The notes under the pieces were generated by a model, which did no database searches, was not told where the DNA came from, and saw only the letters and a program-made list of their open reading frames with translations. A stretch of DNA of 64,000 bases, taken from an uncultured delta proteobacterium (GTDB lineage: Bacteria > Desulfobacterota > Desulfobacteria > Desulfobacterales > B30-G6). The first letter of the stretch is position 1, and every line of letters starts with the position of its first letter. The position numbers and the translations under genes are program-made. This document shows, piece after piece, positions 39,954-51,632 of the stretch. The stretch is taken from contig CAWGLD010000004.1 of NCBI GenBank assembly GCA_963823335.1, positions 480,001-544,000 of the forward strand, read 5' to 3'.

Positions 39954-40838
39954 CTACCTGCTCGGATCCACGTGCACAATGGCCCGGCCAACGTCATCGA
40001 TGTCATTTATCAGGCATACTTCCACTTCCTTGGCAATACCATGCCCTTCTTTCACCGTCAGTGACGCATCAACGACAATATGAATTTCTATCTGGTGCAG
40101 GCCGCCGGAGGTACGAACACGCAGGTCGTGAATCTCCATTACCCCTCCCGTGCTCAGGGCGCACTGCCGAATACTGTCCATGGTGGCAGGATTCGGCGCT
40201 GTATCGCTCAGTTCCCGAAATGTGTTGCCCATGATGTCGAGGCCAACTTTTAGGATAAAGAAAGAAACCAGCAAGGCAGCAAAGGCATCGAATATGTGCC
40301 AGGAAGGTTTGATCTGGGCCAGAGTAACTCCTGCCAATACAGCAACCGACGAAAGGGCGTCTGAGCGATGGTGCCAGGCATTGGCCACCACGAGCTGGCT
40401 CTTCATACGGCGCCCTGCCCGCACGGTGTATCGATAGAGCACTTCCTTCAGTATGATGGAGGCACCCGCCCCGATGATAGCCAACGCATTGGGGTGGGAC
40501 TCCTGGTGCAGATAGATATCTTTGGCTGCCTGAAAACCAAGGTACATAGCTGTGATAAGCAGCGATATACCCACGATAGCCGTAAATAAGGCTTCGATAC
40601 GACCATGACCGAAAGGGTGCCTGTCATCGGGGGGTCTGCGTCCCCGCCAGATTCCGATCAGCACTACCACATCGGTGAAGAGATCGGAAAACGAATGCAC
40701 CGCGTCGACAATCAAAGCGTTGCTTTTCCCGAAAATGCCTGCCACCAGCTTGAGCCCTATCAAAGCAATGTTGACCAGTGCCCCGATCAGCGTGACGTTA
40801 CGTCCGCTCGCATCTGATGGTGATATATTGTTTCTCAT
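39954..40838 (-). CDS. Cation diffusion facilitator transporter
   Basis: DAVHSFSD, HPFGHGRIE, HHRSD, VHVDP. Confidence 0.92.
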   Translation of the reverse strand: MRNNISPSDASGRNVTLIGALVNIALIGLKLVAGIFGKSNALIVDAVHSFSDLFTDVVVLIGIWRGRRPPDDRHPFGHGRIEALFTAIVGISLLITAMYLGFQAAKDIYLHQESHPNALAIIGAGASIILKEVLYRYTVRAGRRMKSQLVVANAWHHRSDALSSVAVLAGVTLAQIKPSWHIFDAFAALLVSFFILKVGLDIMGNTFRELSDTAPNPATMDSIRQCALSTGGVMEIHDLRVRTSGGLHQIEIHIVVDASLTVKEGHGIAKEVEVCLINDIDDVGRAIVHVDPSR

Positions 40839-41051
40839 GATGCATCCTGAATTGTGTGCTTCAGCTCTTTAAGAATATTGAAATTTACTTAGTCTCATAA
40901 TCGAAACCACTTTTCAAGCCAACACAATTAAAAACGTGTAACGATGTGACAACCTGCTGGACAACGAACTCAAGGAAATCATTATAACCGATACGTCGGG
41001 AAATGCCCACACGTTTAAATAGGATCACACGCCGACCCAAGTTTTCAACCC

Positions 41052-41079
41052 TTGACTTCTTGAGCTATCCGTTTATAAT
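41052..41079 (+). promoter_or_regulatory. Putative sigma70 promoter of the sugar ABC operon
   Basis: TTGACT-16-TATAAT. Confidence 0.5.
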
Positions 41080-41155
41080 CACTTAAATTCCTACCCGACA
41101 TACCAAGCCCTTTCATTTGTTCAAACCAACCTACAAGGATCGAAAGGAGGAGACA

Positions 41156-42409
41156 ATGAATTCAACGTTATTTAAAACAATCGCTGTCTTAATATTGGTG
41201 GTGTTTCTTGTGCCCTGTGCTTTTTCCGGGGAGGTTGAAGTCCTTCACTGGTGGACCTCCGGTGGAGAAGCAAAATCTGTTTCTGTCTTGAAGGATCTTC
41301 TTGAAAAGGAGGGCCACACCTGGCAGGACATGGCCGTAGCCGGCGGAGCGGGCGCTAATGCGATGACCGTTTTAAAATCAAGGGCGGTTTCCGGGAACCC
41401 GCCCACCGCAGCGCAGGTGAAAGGTCCCCAGATTCAGCAATGGGGCGATGAAGGCGTATTGACCAATTTGGATGATGTGGCCATGGCGGAAAACTGGGAC
41501 AAACTCCTGCCCAAAGTTGTTGCCGATATCATGAAATACAAGGGCCACTATGTTGCTGTTCCCGTAAACGTTCACAAGATAAACTGGATGTGGGTCAATC
41601 CCGAGGTGTTTAAAAAATCCGGGGCAACGATACCCACCACCTGGGCTGGATTTGAAACAGCAGCCAAAAAGATAAAAGCAGCCGGATTTATTCCTGTGGG
41701 CTGGGGTGGACAGAACTGGCAGGAAGCCACCGTTTGGGAATCCATCGTGCTGGGCGTCGGGGGGGCTGCTTTTTACAGGAAAGCACTCATTGAGGCCGAT
41801 CCCAATGCGCTGGGAAGCGCCACAATGGTAAAATGCTTCGATACCCTGCGGATGGTTCTGGGGTATATCGATAAGGACGCTCCTGGTCGGGACTGGAACC
41901 TGGCCACATCCATGGTAATCCAGGGCAAGGCCGGCATGCAGTTCATGGGAGACTGGGCCAAAGGTGAATTCAAAGCCGCGGGAAAAAACTACGGCACGGA
42001 CTATATTGCCATGCCAGTTCCCGAAACCAGCAACGGGTATCTTTTCAATGTGGACAGCTTCATTATGTTCAAGGTCAAGGACGCGGGTGCCAAAGAAGCG
42101 CAGAAAGCCATGGCCCGACTCATCATGGGGCCCAAATTCCAGGAAGTATTCAACGTAAACAAAGGCTCCATTCCCTGTCGCCTGGGCATGTCCCGCAACC
42201 CATTCGATTTTCCGGCCATCTGTTCCTTTGATACCTTTGAGGCCACCGCGGCTGGGGGCACACTCCTGCCGAGTATGGCGCATGAAATGGCGGTCTACCC
42301 GGCCATTCGCGGTGCCATGTTCGATGTTGTAACCAGCTTCTGCAACTCAAGTATGACCTCCCAAGAGGCTGCCAAAAATCTTGCCACAGAGGTCCAGAGT
42401 GCCATTTAA
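41156..42409 (+). CDS. Sugar (glucose/mannose, GtsA-like) ABC substrate-binding protein
   Basis: VEVLHWWTSGGEA, GNPPTAAQ, MGDWAKGEF; RBS AGGAGG. Confidence 0.9.
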   Translation: MNSTLFKTIAVLILVVFLVPCAFSGEVEVLHWWTSGGEAKSVSVLKDLLEKEGHTWQDMAVAGGAGANAMTVLKSRAVSGNPPTAAQVKGPQIQQWGDEGVLTNLDDVAMAENWDKLLPKVVADIMKYKGHYVAVPVNVHKINWMWVNPEVFKKSGATIPTTWAGFETAAKKIKAAGFIPVGWGGQNWQEATVWESIVLGVGGAAFYRKALIEADPNALGSATMVKCFDTLRMVLGYIDKDAPGRDWNLATSMVIQGKAGMQFMGDWAKGEFKAAGKNYGTDYIAMPVPETSNGYLFNVDSFIMFKVKDAGAKEAQKAMARLIMGPKFQEVFNVNKGSIPCRLGMSRNPFDFPAICSFDTFEATAAGGTLLPSMAHEMAVYPAIRGAMFDVVTSFCNSSMTSQEAAKNLATEVQSAI

Positions 42410-42532
42410 CCCGGCAATTTCAAAAACCTGATCGGTTCGGGCTAAAGAAACTTTAGAAATAATAGAGCAACAGCTTCCACATCTTTGGCTGCGGAAGCTG
42501 TTGCAACCTAAAATGCGAACGGTAACCATTCG

Positions 42533-43450
42533 ATGACGTCGATAGCGCATACAAACACAGTTCCCAAAAGGAGCATTTTTGACCGCATCGAATATCTTCT
42601 GCCCAAAATTGTCCTTGCGCCAACCTTTATCGCCGGACTGGTCTTTGTATACGGTTTCATCCTCTGGACAGCAGTGCTCTCTTTTACAAGTTCACGTCTG
42701 CTGCCGAAATACGAATTTGTCGGTCTGTACCAGTATCTTAAACTTTTCACCAATGACCGCTGGTGGGTGGCCAGTAAAAACCTTCTTGTCTTCGGATCCC
42801 TGTTTGTTGTCATTTGTGTCCTTCTGGGACTTTTTCTCGCGATTCTGCTGGACCAGCGGATTCGTATTGAAGGCGCTATTCGCACAATCTACCTTTACCC
42901 CATGGCGCTTTCCTTTATCGTCACCGGTACGGCCTGGAAGTGGATCCTGAACCCCTCTCTGGGTTTTGAACGACTTATCCGGCAACTTGGTTTTGAGAAT
43001 TTTTCTTTCGACTGGCTGGTTAATTCCGATATGTCCATATACACTGTGGTCATCGCCGGTGTATGGCAGTCGTCCGGTTTTGTCATGGCACTTTTTTTAG
43101 CTGGGTTGCGTGGTATCGATGATACGATTATCAAGGCAGCCCAGGTGGATGGCGCCAGCCTTGCAAGAATTTACTGGCGGATTATTATCCCAAGTCTTCG
43201 GCCTGTATTTTTCAGTGCCGTCATTATCCTGTCTCACATCGCCATCAAAAGTTTTGATCTTGTCATGGTGCTCACGAGGGGCGGTCCGGGATATTCATCG
43301 GACCTTCCGGCAACATTCATGTATGCGTTTGCCTTCACCCGCAGCAGGCTCGCTTTTGGAGCTGCAAGCGCTATGGTGATGTTCGGCGCCGTAATGGCGG
43401 TTATTATCCCGTATCTCTATTCGGAATTGAGGGTGAAACGTAATGGATGA
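42533..43450 (+). CDS. Carbohydrate ABC permease (GtsB-like)
   Basis: EAA-loop variant IKAAQVDGAS; TM pattern. Confidence 0.9.
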   Translation: MTSIAHTNTVPKRSIFDRIEYLLPKIVLAPTFIAGLVFVYGFILWTAVLSFTSSRLLPKYEFVGLYQYLKLFTNDRWWVASKNLLVFGSLFVVICVLLGLFLAILLDQRIRIEGAIRTIYLYPMALSFIVTGTAWKWILNPSLGFERLIRQLGFENFSFDWLVNSDMSIYTVVIAGVWQSSGFVMALFLAGLRGIDDTIIKAAQVDGASLARIYWRIIIPSLRPVFFSAVIILSHIAIKSFDLVMVLTRGGPGYSSDLPATFMYAFAFTRSRLAFGAASAMVMFGAVMAVIIPYLYSELRVKRNG

Positions 43451-44330
43451 CCCAACCTTTTATAGGGCACCCATAACAGCAGGGGGATTTGCCGGCAGGG
43501 TGTTCATCTATGGCCTGCTGATTCTGATGGCTCTTTACTTCCTGCTGCCATTTATTGTCATGGTCCTGACATCCTTAAAGACCATGGAGGATATCCGAAC
43601 CGGAAACCTGATTTCATGGCCTATAGAATTCACATTGGATGCCTGGAAAGCGGCCTGGGGTTCGGCCTGTATTGCTGTGGAATGCAACGGCATCAAGGTC
43701 TATTTCTGGAATTCCGTTAAAATAGTCATCCCGGCGGTTATGATTTCCACCCTCATGGGTGCAGCAAATGGATATGTATTCTCCAAATGGAAGTTCCGGG
43801 GCAGCGAAGTCCTGTTCTCTGCCCTGTTGCTGGGTTGCTTTATACCCTTTCAGGCCATATTGCTCCCCATGGCGCAAACTTTAGGGAAACTAGGGCTGTC
43901 TCAGAGTCTTGCCGGCCTGATACTTGTCCACATAGTATACGGACTGGCATTTACAACCCTGTTTTTCAGGAACTATTACGTCACGATCCCGGATGAACTT
44001 GTCAAGGCAGCTCGCATCGACGGCGCAGGCTTTTTCAGGATATTCTGGAAAATTTTACTGCCGGTCTCCACACCCATATTCGTGGTCTGCGTCATCTGGC
44101 AAACGACCCAGATCTGGAACGACTTTCTGTTCGGCGTTGTCTTCTCCGCAGGCGGCAATCAACCCATCACGGTGGCATTGAACAATCTGGTCAATACTTC
44201 AACGGGTATAAAGGCGTATAACGTCGATATGGCTGCAGCCATTATTGCCGCCACGCCGACACTACTGGTGTACATTATCGCAGGAAAGTATTTCGTACGC
44301 GGTCTGACGGCGGGCTCCGTCAAAGGGTAG
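43443..44330 (+). CDS. Carbohydrate ABC permease (GtsC-like)
   Basis: ELVKAARIDGAG, WNDFLF, GLTAGSVKG. Confidence 0.9.
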   Translation: MDDPTFYRAPITAGGFAGRVFIYGLLILMALYFLLPFIVMVLTSLKTMEDIRTGNLISWPIEFTLDAWKAAWGSACIAVECNGIKVYFWNSVKIVIPAVMISTLMGAANGYVFSKWKFRGSEVLFSALLLGCFIPFQAILLPMAQTLGKLGLSQSLAGLILVHIVYGLAFTTLFFRNYYVTIPDELVKAARIDGAGFFRIFWKILLPVSTPIFVVCVIWQTTQIWNDFLFGVVFSAGGNQPITVALNNLVNTSTGIKAYNVDMAAAIIAATPTLLVYIIAGKYFVRGLTAGSVKG

Positions 44331-44385
44331 TCTAATCAGACCATCCATTGGAACAACCGCTTTGCAAAACTGGAATTAATAACTT

Positions 44386-45498
<1,113 letters not shown>

Positions 45499-45570
45499 TC
45501 CGGCAGACAGGGATCTGCCGGGGGATATTATAGCGCTCTTTAACCTTAGATGCTTTTTTCCATGTCAGTT

Positions 45571-46491
45571 ATGAAACCATATCAAATCGGTATCGATCTG
45601 GGTGGAACGAAAACAGAGACCATACTCTTTGACCCTGCTGGTGACGTGTTGCACCGCACAAGAGTCCCAACCCCCAGAAATGACGATAAAGCCAAAAACT
45701 ACCTTGCGATTCTGGACACCGTCCAGGAGCTGATTCTGGACACGGCCAAACTGATCCCCTGCGCTGGCAAATATACCATCGGGGTCGGAATCCCCGGCAC
45801 CATCAACCCGGAGACCCATCTCGTTCAGAATGCCAATACCACCTCTTTAAAAGACCGTCCCTTCAAGGCTGATCTGGAAAAGCGCCTCAACGGAAAAATC
45901 TCAATGGAAAACGATGCAAATTGCTTTACCCTGGCGGAAAGCATTGCCGGTTCAGCCAAAGGATATGGAATCGTTCTGGGAATTATTATGGGCACGGGCT
46001 GCGGTGGCGGTATCTGCGTACATGGTAAAATTCATACCGGCAGTCAAAATATCGCCGGCGAAATAGGACATTTTTCCATCGATCCCAAAGGGGCAAGGTG
46101 CTGGTGCGGAAACCGGGGATGCATCGAGACAAAGTTGAGTGGCACCGGCGTGGAAAACATGTTTTATAAAAAGTTCAATCAACGTCGCAAGATGACAGAT
46201 ATCGTCCAGGGTTACAGAAACAATGATTTGAGCTGTTTGGACATTTTCGATCAGTTTCTCGACGACTTCGGCCGCTGCATTGGTGGACTGATATCCATCC
46301 TGGATCCGGATATCATCATTCTTGGCGGCGGTCTGTCAAACATCGAAGAGCTCTATAGCCAGGGCGCTGAAAGGGTAATTCGCTATGCCTTTCATAAGCA
46401 TGTCCAAACACCCATTCTGAAGAACACTCTCGGGGATTCAGCCGGTGTATACGGCGCCGCCTGGATCGGCACAGGAGAGCACGTCGCATGA
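45571..46491 (+). CDS. ROK-family sugar kinase (Mak/fructokinase-like)
   Basis: GIDLGGTK, ENDANC, GEIGH, CWCGNRGCIE, GDSAGV. Confidence 0.9.
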   Translation: MKPYQIGIDLGGTKTETILFDPAGDVLHRTRVPTPRNDDKAKNYLAILDTVQELILDTAKLIPCAGKYTIGVGIPGTINPETHLVQNANTTSLKDRPFKADLEKRLNGKISMENDANCFTLAESIAGSAKGYGIVLGIIMGTGCGGGICVHGKIHTGSQNIAGEIGHFSIDPKGARCWCGNRGCIETKLSGTGVENMFYKKFNQRRKMTDIVQGYRNNDLSCLDIFDQFLDDFGRCIGGLISILDPDIIILGGGLSNIEELYSQGAERVIRYAFHKHVQTPILKNTLGDSAGVYGAAWIGTGEHVA

Positions 46492-46635
46492 TCAACGCTG
46501 TCAGCGAGTCTCTACCCGTGGAAAAGATGGGCTCAAGATACCCTCTATAAAGAAATGGAATTGAAGACCCTCGCAGCATGCGAAGCATTGCCGAACGGCA
46601 GAACCTACGAGGGATGCGCTCGCTTTTTCGGTTCA

Positions 46636-47025
46636 TTAAACGGTAATTTCAATTCGGTTGTTTTCCGGATCCAGTACAACACTTTCGTAATAGCCATCAC
46701 CTGTTTTCCTGGGGCCATCGAGAACCTGATAACTATCCCGGACCAGCTCGGAAGATAGCGCGTCTACTTTCTCCACCGAACCGACAGAGATGGCAATATG
46801 GATATATCCGGTAAACTGCTGATTGGGATCATTAGCGCTTTCCGGAATAGACGGCATTTGCATGATTTCCAAACGTGCACCAGAATCAAAACTTAAGAAA
46901 TAAGAAGAAAATATTTTCCCCTCATGGGTGTATTTTTTATTTGAACTGGCTCCAAAGTATCGCACATAGAAATTTTTTAATTTTTCTATATCCCTGGCCC
47001 AAATGGCGACATGTTCTATTTTCAT
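46636..47025 (-). CDS. VOC/glyoxalase family protein
   Basis: MKIEHVAIW, GYIHIAISVG, DGYYESVVLDPENNRIE. Confidence 0.88.
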   Translation of the reverse strand: MKIEHVAIWARDIEKLKNFYVRYFGASSNKKYTHEGKIFSSYFLSFDSGARLEIMQMPSIPESANDPNQQFTGYIHIAISVGSVEKVDALSSELVRDSYQVLDGPRKTGDGYYESVVLDPENNRIEITV

Positions 47026-47123
47026 GTTATGTTTCAAAATTCCTTTTCCGAAATTGTCAGCAACCCTCCATCATGCCACTTCCCCGCACCCCATCATTCC
47101 AATCTCCCACCATTTCATGATGC

Positions 47124-48578
47124 CTAATTTTCGTGACTGGAAATGTTTTCAAGCCTTTCCAACAGTCTTGCATGAATATTGTCGAACCCACCGTTGGACA
47201 TCACCAGAATCACGTCACCGGGGCGGGTCATTTTTGTTAGAAAGTCGATAATCTCCTCCGTGTTTTCGAAGTAGTCCGCATCCAGACCGCGCTTGTTGAG
47301 ATCTGACACGAGCTGTTGCGATGAAAAACGTTCTCCGATAGGAATCTTTTCCAGCAGTGCGGGTCTGCGGATGCACACCTTATCCGCACCGTCAAAGGCT
47401 TCTGGATACACATCCTGAAAAATGTTGCGCATACTGGTGTTGGTCCGGGGTTCGAACACGGCCACGAGACGACTCTCCCGATAATAGCCCTTGATGGCCT
47501 GAATGGTTTTTTTTACGGCCGTGGGATGGTGGGCAAAATCGTCGATGACGACAATCCCGTTCTTTGTTCCCCGGACTTCCTGGCGCCGTTTCACGCCCTT
47601 GAAGCTCTGGAGGGCTTTTTGAATGAGCTGCCCGGGTATGTTGAGTCGATCTGCCACGGCAATCGCGGCCAGGGTATTGGACAGGTTGTGGTCACCCGGC
47701 ATGGGGGATTGAAAACGTCCATAGAACTGTCCGGATTTGTATACATCGAAAATCGTCCAGGGAGGGTCGATACGAACCGGTTTGATGACCCAGTCACCTC
47801 CTTCGTTGCCATAGCGGTATACCTTGCAGGGGGCTGCCTGGATCACGTCGTCCACATTGCGGTCGTGCTGAAAGGCAACCAGGGTTGCATCTTTTTTCAG
47901 ACCGGAAACAAAACTCGAAAAAGCTTTCTTGATATGATTCAGATCTTTGAAGATGTCGGCGTGATCGAACTCCACACCGGTGAGAACCGCGATGGTCGGA
48001 TCATAATGCAGGAACTTGGGCCCTTTGTCGAAAAAGGCCGTGTCGTACTCATCCCCTTCCACCACCAGAAAATCACCGGCACCCAGGAAATAGTTGCTGT
48101 CGAAATTTGCCAGGATACCGCCTATCACAAAAGAAGCCCCCATGCCGGCGCTGTGAAGCAGCCAGGCGATCAGGGAAGACGTGGTTGTTTTGCCATGGGT
48201 TCCGGTAACGATGATGGTCTGTTTCCCTTTTCCGGCAAAAGCGTTGACAGCCTGGGGCATGGAACAGAAATTCAGTCCCATCCGACCCATCTCCACCACC
48301 TCGGGGTTGTCCTTCGACACCGCATTTCCCACCACCACCAGGTCAGGTCCATATACAAGATTTTCAGGTCGGAAGCCCTGGGACAGGGTGATCCCCTTCT
48401 GCTGAAGAAAGGTGCTCATGGGCGGGTAGACATGTTGATCCGAACCCGTCACAGTATAGCCCAGCTCTTTGAGCAGGCAGGCCAGTGCCCCCATACCCGT
48501 GCCGCAAACCGCTATCAGGTGAATGCTTTGAACATCTTCTGGGATTTTGTTGTTTTCCAAGTTCATAAATAAAGTCAT
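47124..48578 (-). CDS. mpl: Murein peptide ligase Mpl
   Basis: AVCGTGMG, YPPMS, GTHGKTTT, EGDEYDTAFFDK, DDFAHHPT, MSNGGF. Confidence 0.93.
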   Translation of the reverse strand: MTLFMNLENNKIPEDVQSIHLIAVCGTGMGALACLLKELGYTVTGSDQHVYPPMSTFLQQKGITLSQGFRPENLVYGPDLVVVGNAVSKDNPEVVEMGRMGLNFCSMPQAVNAFAGKGKQTIIVTGTHGKTTTSSLIAWLLHSAGMGASFVIGGILANFDSNYFLGAGDFLVVEGDEYDTAFFDKGPKFLHYDPTIAVLTGVEFDHADIFKDLNHIKKAFSSFVSGLKKDATLVAFQHDRNVDDVIQAAPCKVYRYGNEGGDWVIKPVRIDPPWTIFDVYKSGQFYGRFQSPMPGDHNLSNTLAAIAVADRLNIPGQLIQKALQSFKGVKRRQEVRGTKNGIVVIDDFAHHPTAVKKTIQAIKGYYRESRLVAVFEPRTNTSMRNIFQDVYPEAFDGADKVCIRRPALLEKIPIGERFSSQQLVSDLNKRGLDADYFENTEEIIDFLTKMTRPGDVILVMSNGGFDNIHARLLERLENISSHEN

Positions 48579-48623
48579 TCCAAGAGTTTATGAAATGCGA
48601 CGTTGTCGCTCTATTAGAGATTT

Positions 48624-48675
48624 TACTCCAATTGAAGAACCTCGCAGCCTGCTGCGAGGTTCTTCAATTGGAGTA
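48624..48675. repeat. Perfect 25-bp-arm palindrome (REP-like)
   Basis: TACTCCAATTGAAGAACCTCGCAGC-CT-GCTGCGAGGTTCTTCAATTGGAGTA. Confidence 0.9.
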
Positions 48676-48685
48676 TTATGCACAC

Positions 48686-48831
48686 TATAAGCTATCGAAA
48701 AAATAGGATTTTGGTCCAAGGTCAAGGCGGGCGAGTGTTTCAATCCGGAGGAATACTTTTGTATTTTGAGGAGTTGAAACACGAACCCAACGCAGGGATT
48801 GGGCCAAAGGACATTTTTTCGATGGCTTCTA
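48686..48831. mobile_element. MITE of the same family as 22456-22656, inverted
   Basis: TIRs TATAAGCTATCGAAAAAAT / ATTTTTTCGATGGCTTCTA; interior aligns to the reverse complement of the 22.5-kb copy. Confidence 0.8.
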
Positions 48832-51588
48832 GGGGCGCACAGCCCGCACAGAGCCACACGCCTCCACATCATGGGTGACTTTCCTGAACACCGTTTCCTG
48901 CTTGGCTGACACGGTATTGACGATGTATGAATACCCTTTGGCGAAAATTTCCGACGTCCAGTACCACTCGGCACCGCTGTCAGGAAAATAGGGTTTGTTC
49001 TTGTAAATACCTGCCAGTTCCGCAGAGGTGGGCAGCCGCCAATCGTCGTGACTGTCGTACCTCAGTTCCTTGACATACCGCCTCGCTGATCTGTGATCCA
49101 TACAGGCACCGAGCTCACGCTGAGAATCGAGCAGACTCCACATGAGCCCGGTTCTTTGATCCATCACAGAGTTGTCTCCAGCTAGAACAAAGCGCCCTTC
49201 CGTCTCAGCCAGGGCCGCAACGGCTTTCTGTTTTTCACGCCTGACCCGGTCCAGCTCAGTCTGTCGTTTTACCAGGGCGGCATATTGTTCCTGGACTTCT
49301 TTTTTGGCCGTCTCTTCTGAACTCAGACTTTTGATGGACTGTTCACGCTCAGAAGAACGTATGTCGGCTTCCTTTTGCAGGGATTCCAGGATTTCTAGGG
49401 CTTCCGGACCATAACGACTGGTGCTGTTCTGGGAAATATATTTCTCGATCCTGTCGATTTTTGCCTGCAGACTCAGACCGGAACCTTGCATGCTTTTCTT
49501 GAGCGACGCCCATTGGCGCCCTGTTGCGACATCCAGATCCATCTGCTGGAGATTTTTTTTGATTGCTTCATTATTGGGAGAATCGGGATAGGTTGTCATG
49601 TATGCCATGTACAAACGCCTGACGGCATCATCCTCCACCCCCTGGGCCTGCGTCTGCAAAATAGAATAATCCTTTTGCATCTGCATACGGTGCTGTATAC
49701 TCTTTATCTCACGGGTATCGAGATAGCCTGAAAAATCTGTCAGGTAGTCGTCACATATGGCCAGGCACGTGTCCCACTCGGCATCCCGCTCACAGATCGT
49801 GATCTCTTTTTTGAAGTTCATATAAGACTCGCCCAGGGTCTCCGAAAACATCTGTTTCACGGCATCACGGTGTCTGCCCTGGGGATAGAGAGACAGGTAG
49901 TTTCTGTAGGAATCAATCTTCTGAATATAGTTCTTTTCCCCTATATTTCTCAAGTTGCTGAAAACGATATCTTCCGACAAACCGGATATCTCGGATACGG
50001 CTCGTTGAATATCTTCTGCATGTGGCGTATTGGGATACTTTTCCAGAAACCGAGTGTAGAGTGTCTTGGCGTTTTTCTCGAAGGCCTCGTCAATGGGTAG
50101 TTTATTGACCGCATCGATGGTCTTTTGATAATTGACATCCTCGTTCTGCAGCCAGATTTCCTGAAGCTTCATTTCGGCCCTGCTGGTATTCTCTCCAAGC
50201 TCATGCGTATTGATGAAATCCATCAGCAGTTTTTCCTGCGCATCTGCATCTTTGAGCCGTGCCACCTTTGTCATGAGTTGCTCAAAATCACTGATACCGG
50301 CCGATCCCTTTATCCCCTGGAAAATAAAATACCCGGCAACACACAGAACCAGGACCGCCAGTACGGCCAGCATGGCAACCTTATTTTTCGGTATTAAACC
50401 GACGGCCGATTTGTCAACGACCCGACGTTTTAGGGGCCGAGATGCCTCCTTCTGAATCAAGGTGCTATCGATAGCATCATCCGCTTCGGGTGCTTTTTTC
50501 TGTGGTTCAGGGGGGCTCTCTTCTACGGGTCCGGGCAAATGCCTGTCAGGGCTTTCTTTTTCCGGGGCGACGTTTACCTTGTCCCGTTCTACATCCGGTT
50601 CCGGTTTTTTCGGCTTAGGTGCCGATGGCGCCGGCGCTGCCTTTTTATCACTCCTTTGGGGTGTACTTTCCGGGGGCACCACAGGGGGGTCGGCTTCTCT
50701 CCGGTCCGGACTTTCCGTTTCTTTCTCTTGTGCTGTTTTCCCTATTGTTTTTTTCGGTGGTGCATCTTTTTCAAATTCCAGCTGATCCTTCTGCCGCATG
50801 CTGTCCATGAGCAGGTGCCTCAGGGGCAACTTAATTTCATTCTTGGTTCGACCCACTGTCTTGAGAATTTCGATTGCGGGATTGTCCCAGCCAAGAATGG
50901 CATAGGCCGCGTCTTTGTGTTTCAATTCATCGGTTTCTGCGTCGATGAGGTTCCCGTTGAGAAGATGCAGCATACCGGTGTTACCCCCGGAACTGATCCG
51001 CAACGAACACGTGGATCCCTCCATTTCCGACATCTGCAAAAACGATGGCAGGCTGATTCCCTGCACCTGGCCGGCAAGACCGCTTTCCACCTCTTCCGAT
51101 ACCCGCTGGGTAATGGTTTCCGTTACCAGTTTTTCCAATTTTTCAGAATCATCGTCCGACATGACAGGGTTGCACAAACCCAGATGCACGGTAATGACAT
51201 TGACTTTTCTCTGCCACGGGAAAAGAGCGCCATAGAGCTCGCTCTGGCCGATTTTTTTGAGGAACAGCGTCTGGTCCTGCTTGACACCCCCCAGATAGCT
51301 GATGGTGAAGTTGTCATTTAGATCACTTGGGAGCGGTGCCCCTGCCTGTTTGGCAGGTTCACCAAAAAAAACACCCAGAGCCGCCTCGAGAGCCGCCATC
51401 TCTTTTTCTTTGGAAATGGCATGGTAAAGGCTTATACCATCCTCGGACACCCGGCGATCCATTTGCGGTAGCTTGTCCAGCGTGTCGACAAGTTCCAGAA
51501 ATGCGGTCAGTTGGTCCAGATTCTCTTTGAGAACTTCGAGTTCCGGTCCGCCGTCATCCAGTATTTCCAGTATGGTGTCCTGGTCCAT
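48829..51588 (-). CDS. DUF4388-like + Pro-rich linker + TM + C-terminal DUF1566 (Lcl)-like protein
   Basis: GISLPSFLQMSEMEGSTCSL...GNLIDA; DQRTGLMWS...DWRLPTSAEL...WYWTS...VRAVR. Confidence 0.75.
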   Translation of the reverse strand: MDQDTILEILDDGGPELEVLKENLDQLTAFLELVDTLDKLPQMDRRVSEDGISLYHAISKEKEMAALEAALGVFFGEPAKQAGAPLPSDLNDNFTISYLGGVKQDQTLFLKKIGQSELYGALFPWQRKVNVITVHLGLCNPVMSDDDSEKLEKLVTETITQRVSEEVESGLAGQVQGISLPSFLQMSEMEGSTCSLRISSGGNTGMLHLLNGNLIDAETDELKHKDAAYAILGWDNPAIEILKTVGRTKNEIKLPLRHLLMDSMRQKDQLEFEKDAPPKKTIGKTAQEKETESPDRREADPPVVPPESTPQRSDKKAAPAPSAPKPKKPEPDVERDKVNVAPEKESPDRHLPGPVEESPPEPQKKAPEADDAIDSTLIQKEASRPLKRRVVDKSAVGLIPKNKVAMLAVLAVLVLCVAGYFIFQGIKGSAGISDFEQLMTKVARLKDADAQEKLLMDFINTHELGENTSRAEMKLQEIWLQNEDVNYQKTIDAVNKLPIDEAFEKNAKTLYTRFLEKYPNTPHAEDIQRAVSEISGLSEDIVFSNLRNIGEKNYIQKIDSYRNYLSLYPQGRHRDAVKQMFSETLGESYMNFKKEITICERDAEWDTCLAICDDYLTDFSGYLDTREIKSIQHRMQMQKDYSILQTQAQGVEDDAVRRLYMAYMTTYPDSPNNEAIKKNLQQMDLDVATGRQWASLKKSMQGSGLSLQAKIDRIEKYISQNSTSRYGPEALEILESLQKEADIRSSEREQSIKSLSSEETAKKEVQEQYAALVKRQTELDRVRREKQKAVAALAETEGRFVLAGDNSVMDQRTGLMWSLLDSQRELGACMDHRSARRYVKELRYDSHDDWRLPTSAELAGIYKNKPYFPDSGAEWYWTSEIFAKGYSYIVNTVSAKQETVFRKVTHDVEACGSVRAVRP

Positions 51589-51590
51589 AG

Positions 51591-51618
51591 TAAGCTGTAA
51601 GCTATAGGCTGTAAGCTG
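51591..51618. repeat. Tandem heptamers TA(A/G)GCT(G/A) x4
   Basis: TAAGCTG TAAGCTA TAGGCTG TAAGCTG. Confidence 0.7.
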
Positions 51619-51632
51619 TTTAAGGCCATCCC

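Noticed and set aside
47526-48572. Long antisense ORFs (also 51684-52685, 41378-42283, 28172-29029, 818-1402, 13718-14377)
   Set aside because: Shadows of well-supported genes on the opposite strand, with no recognisable motifs
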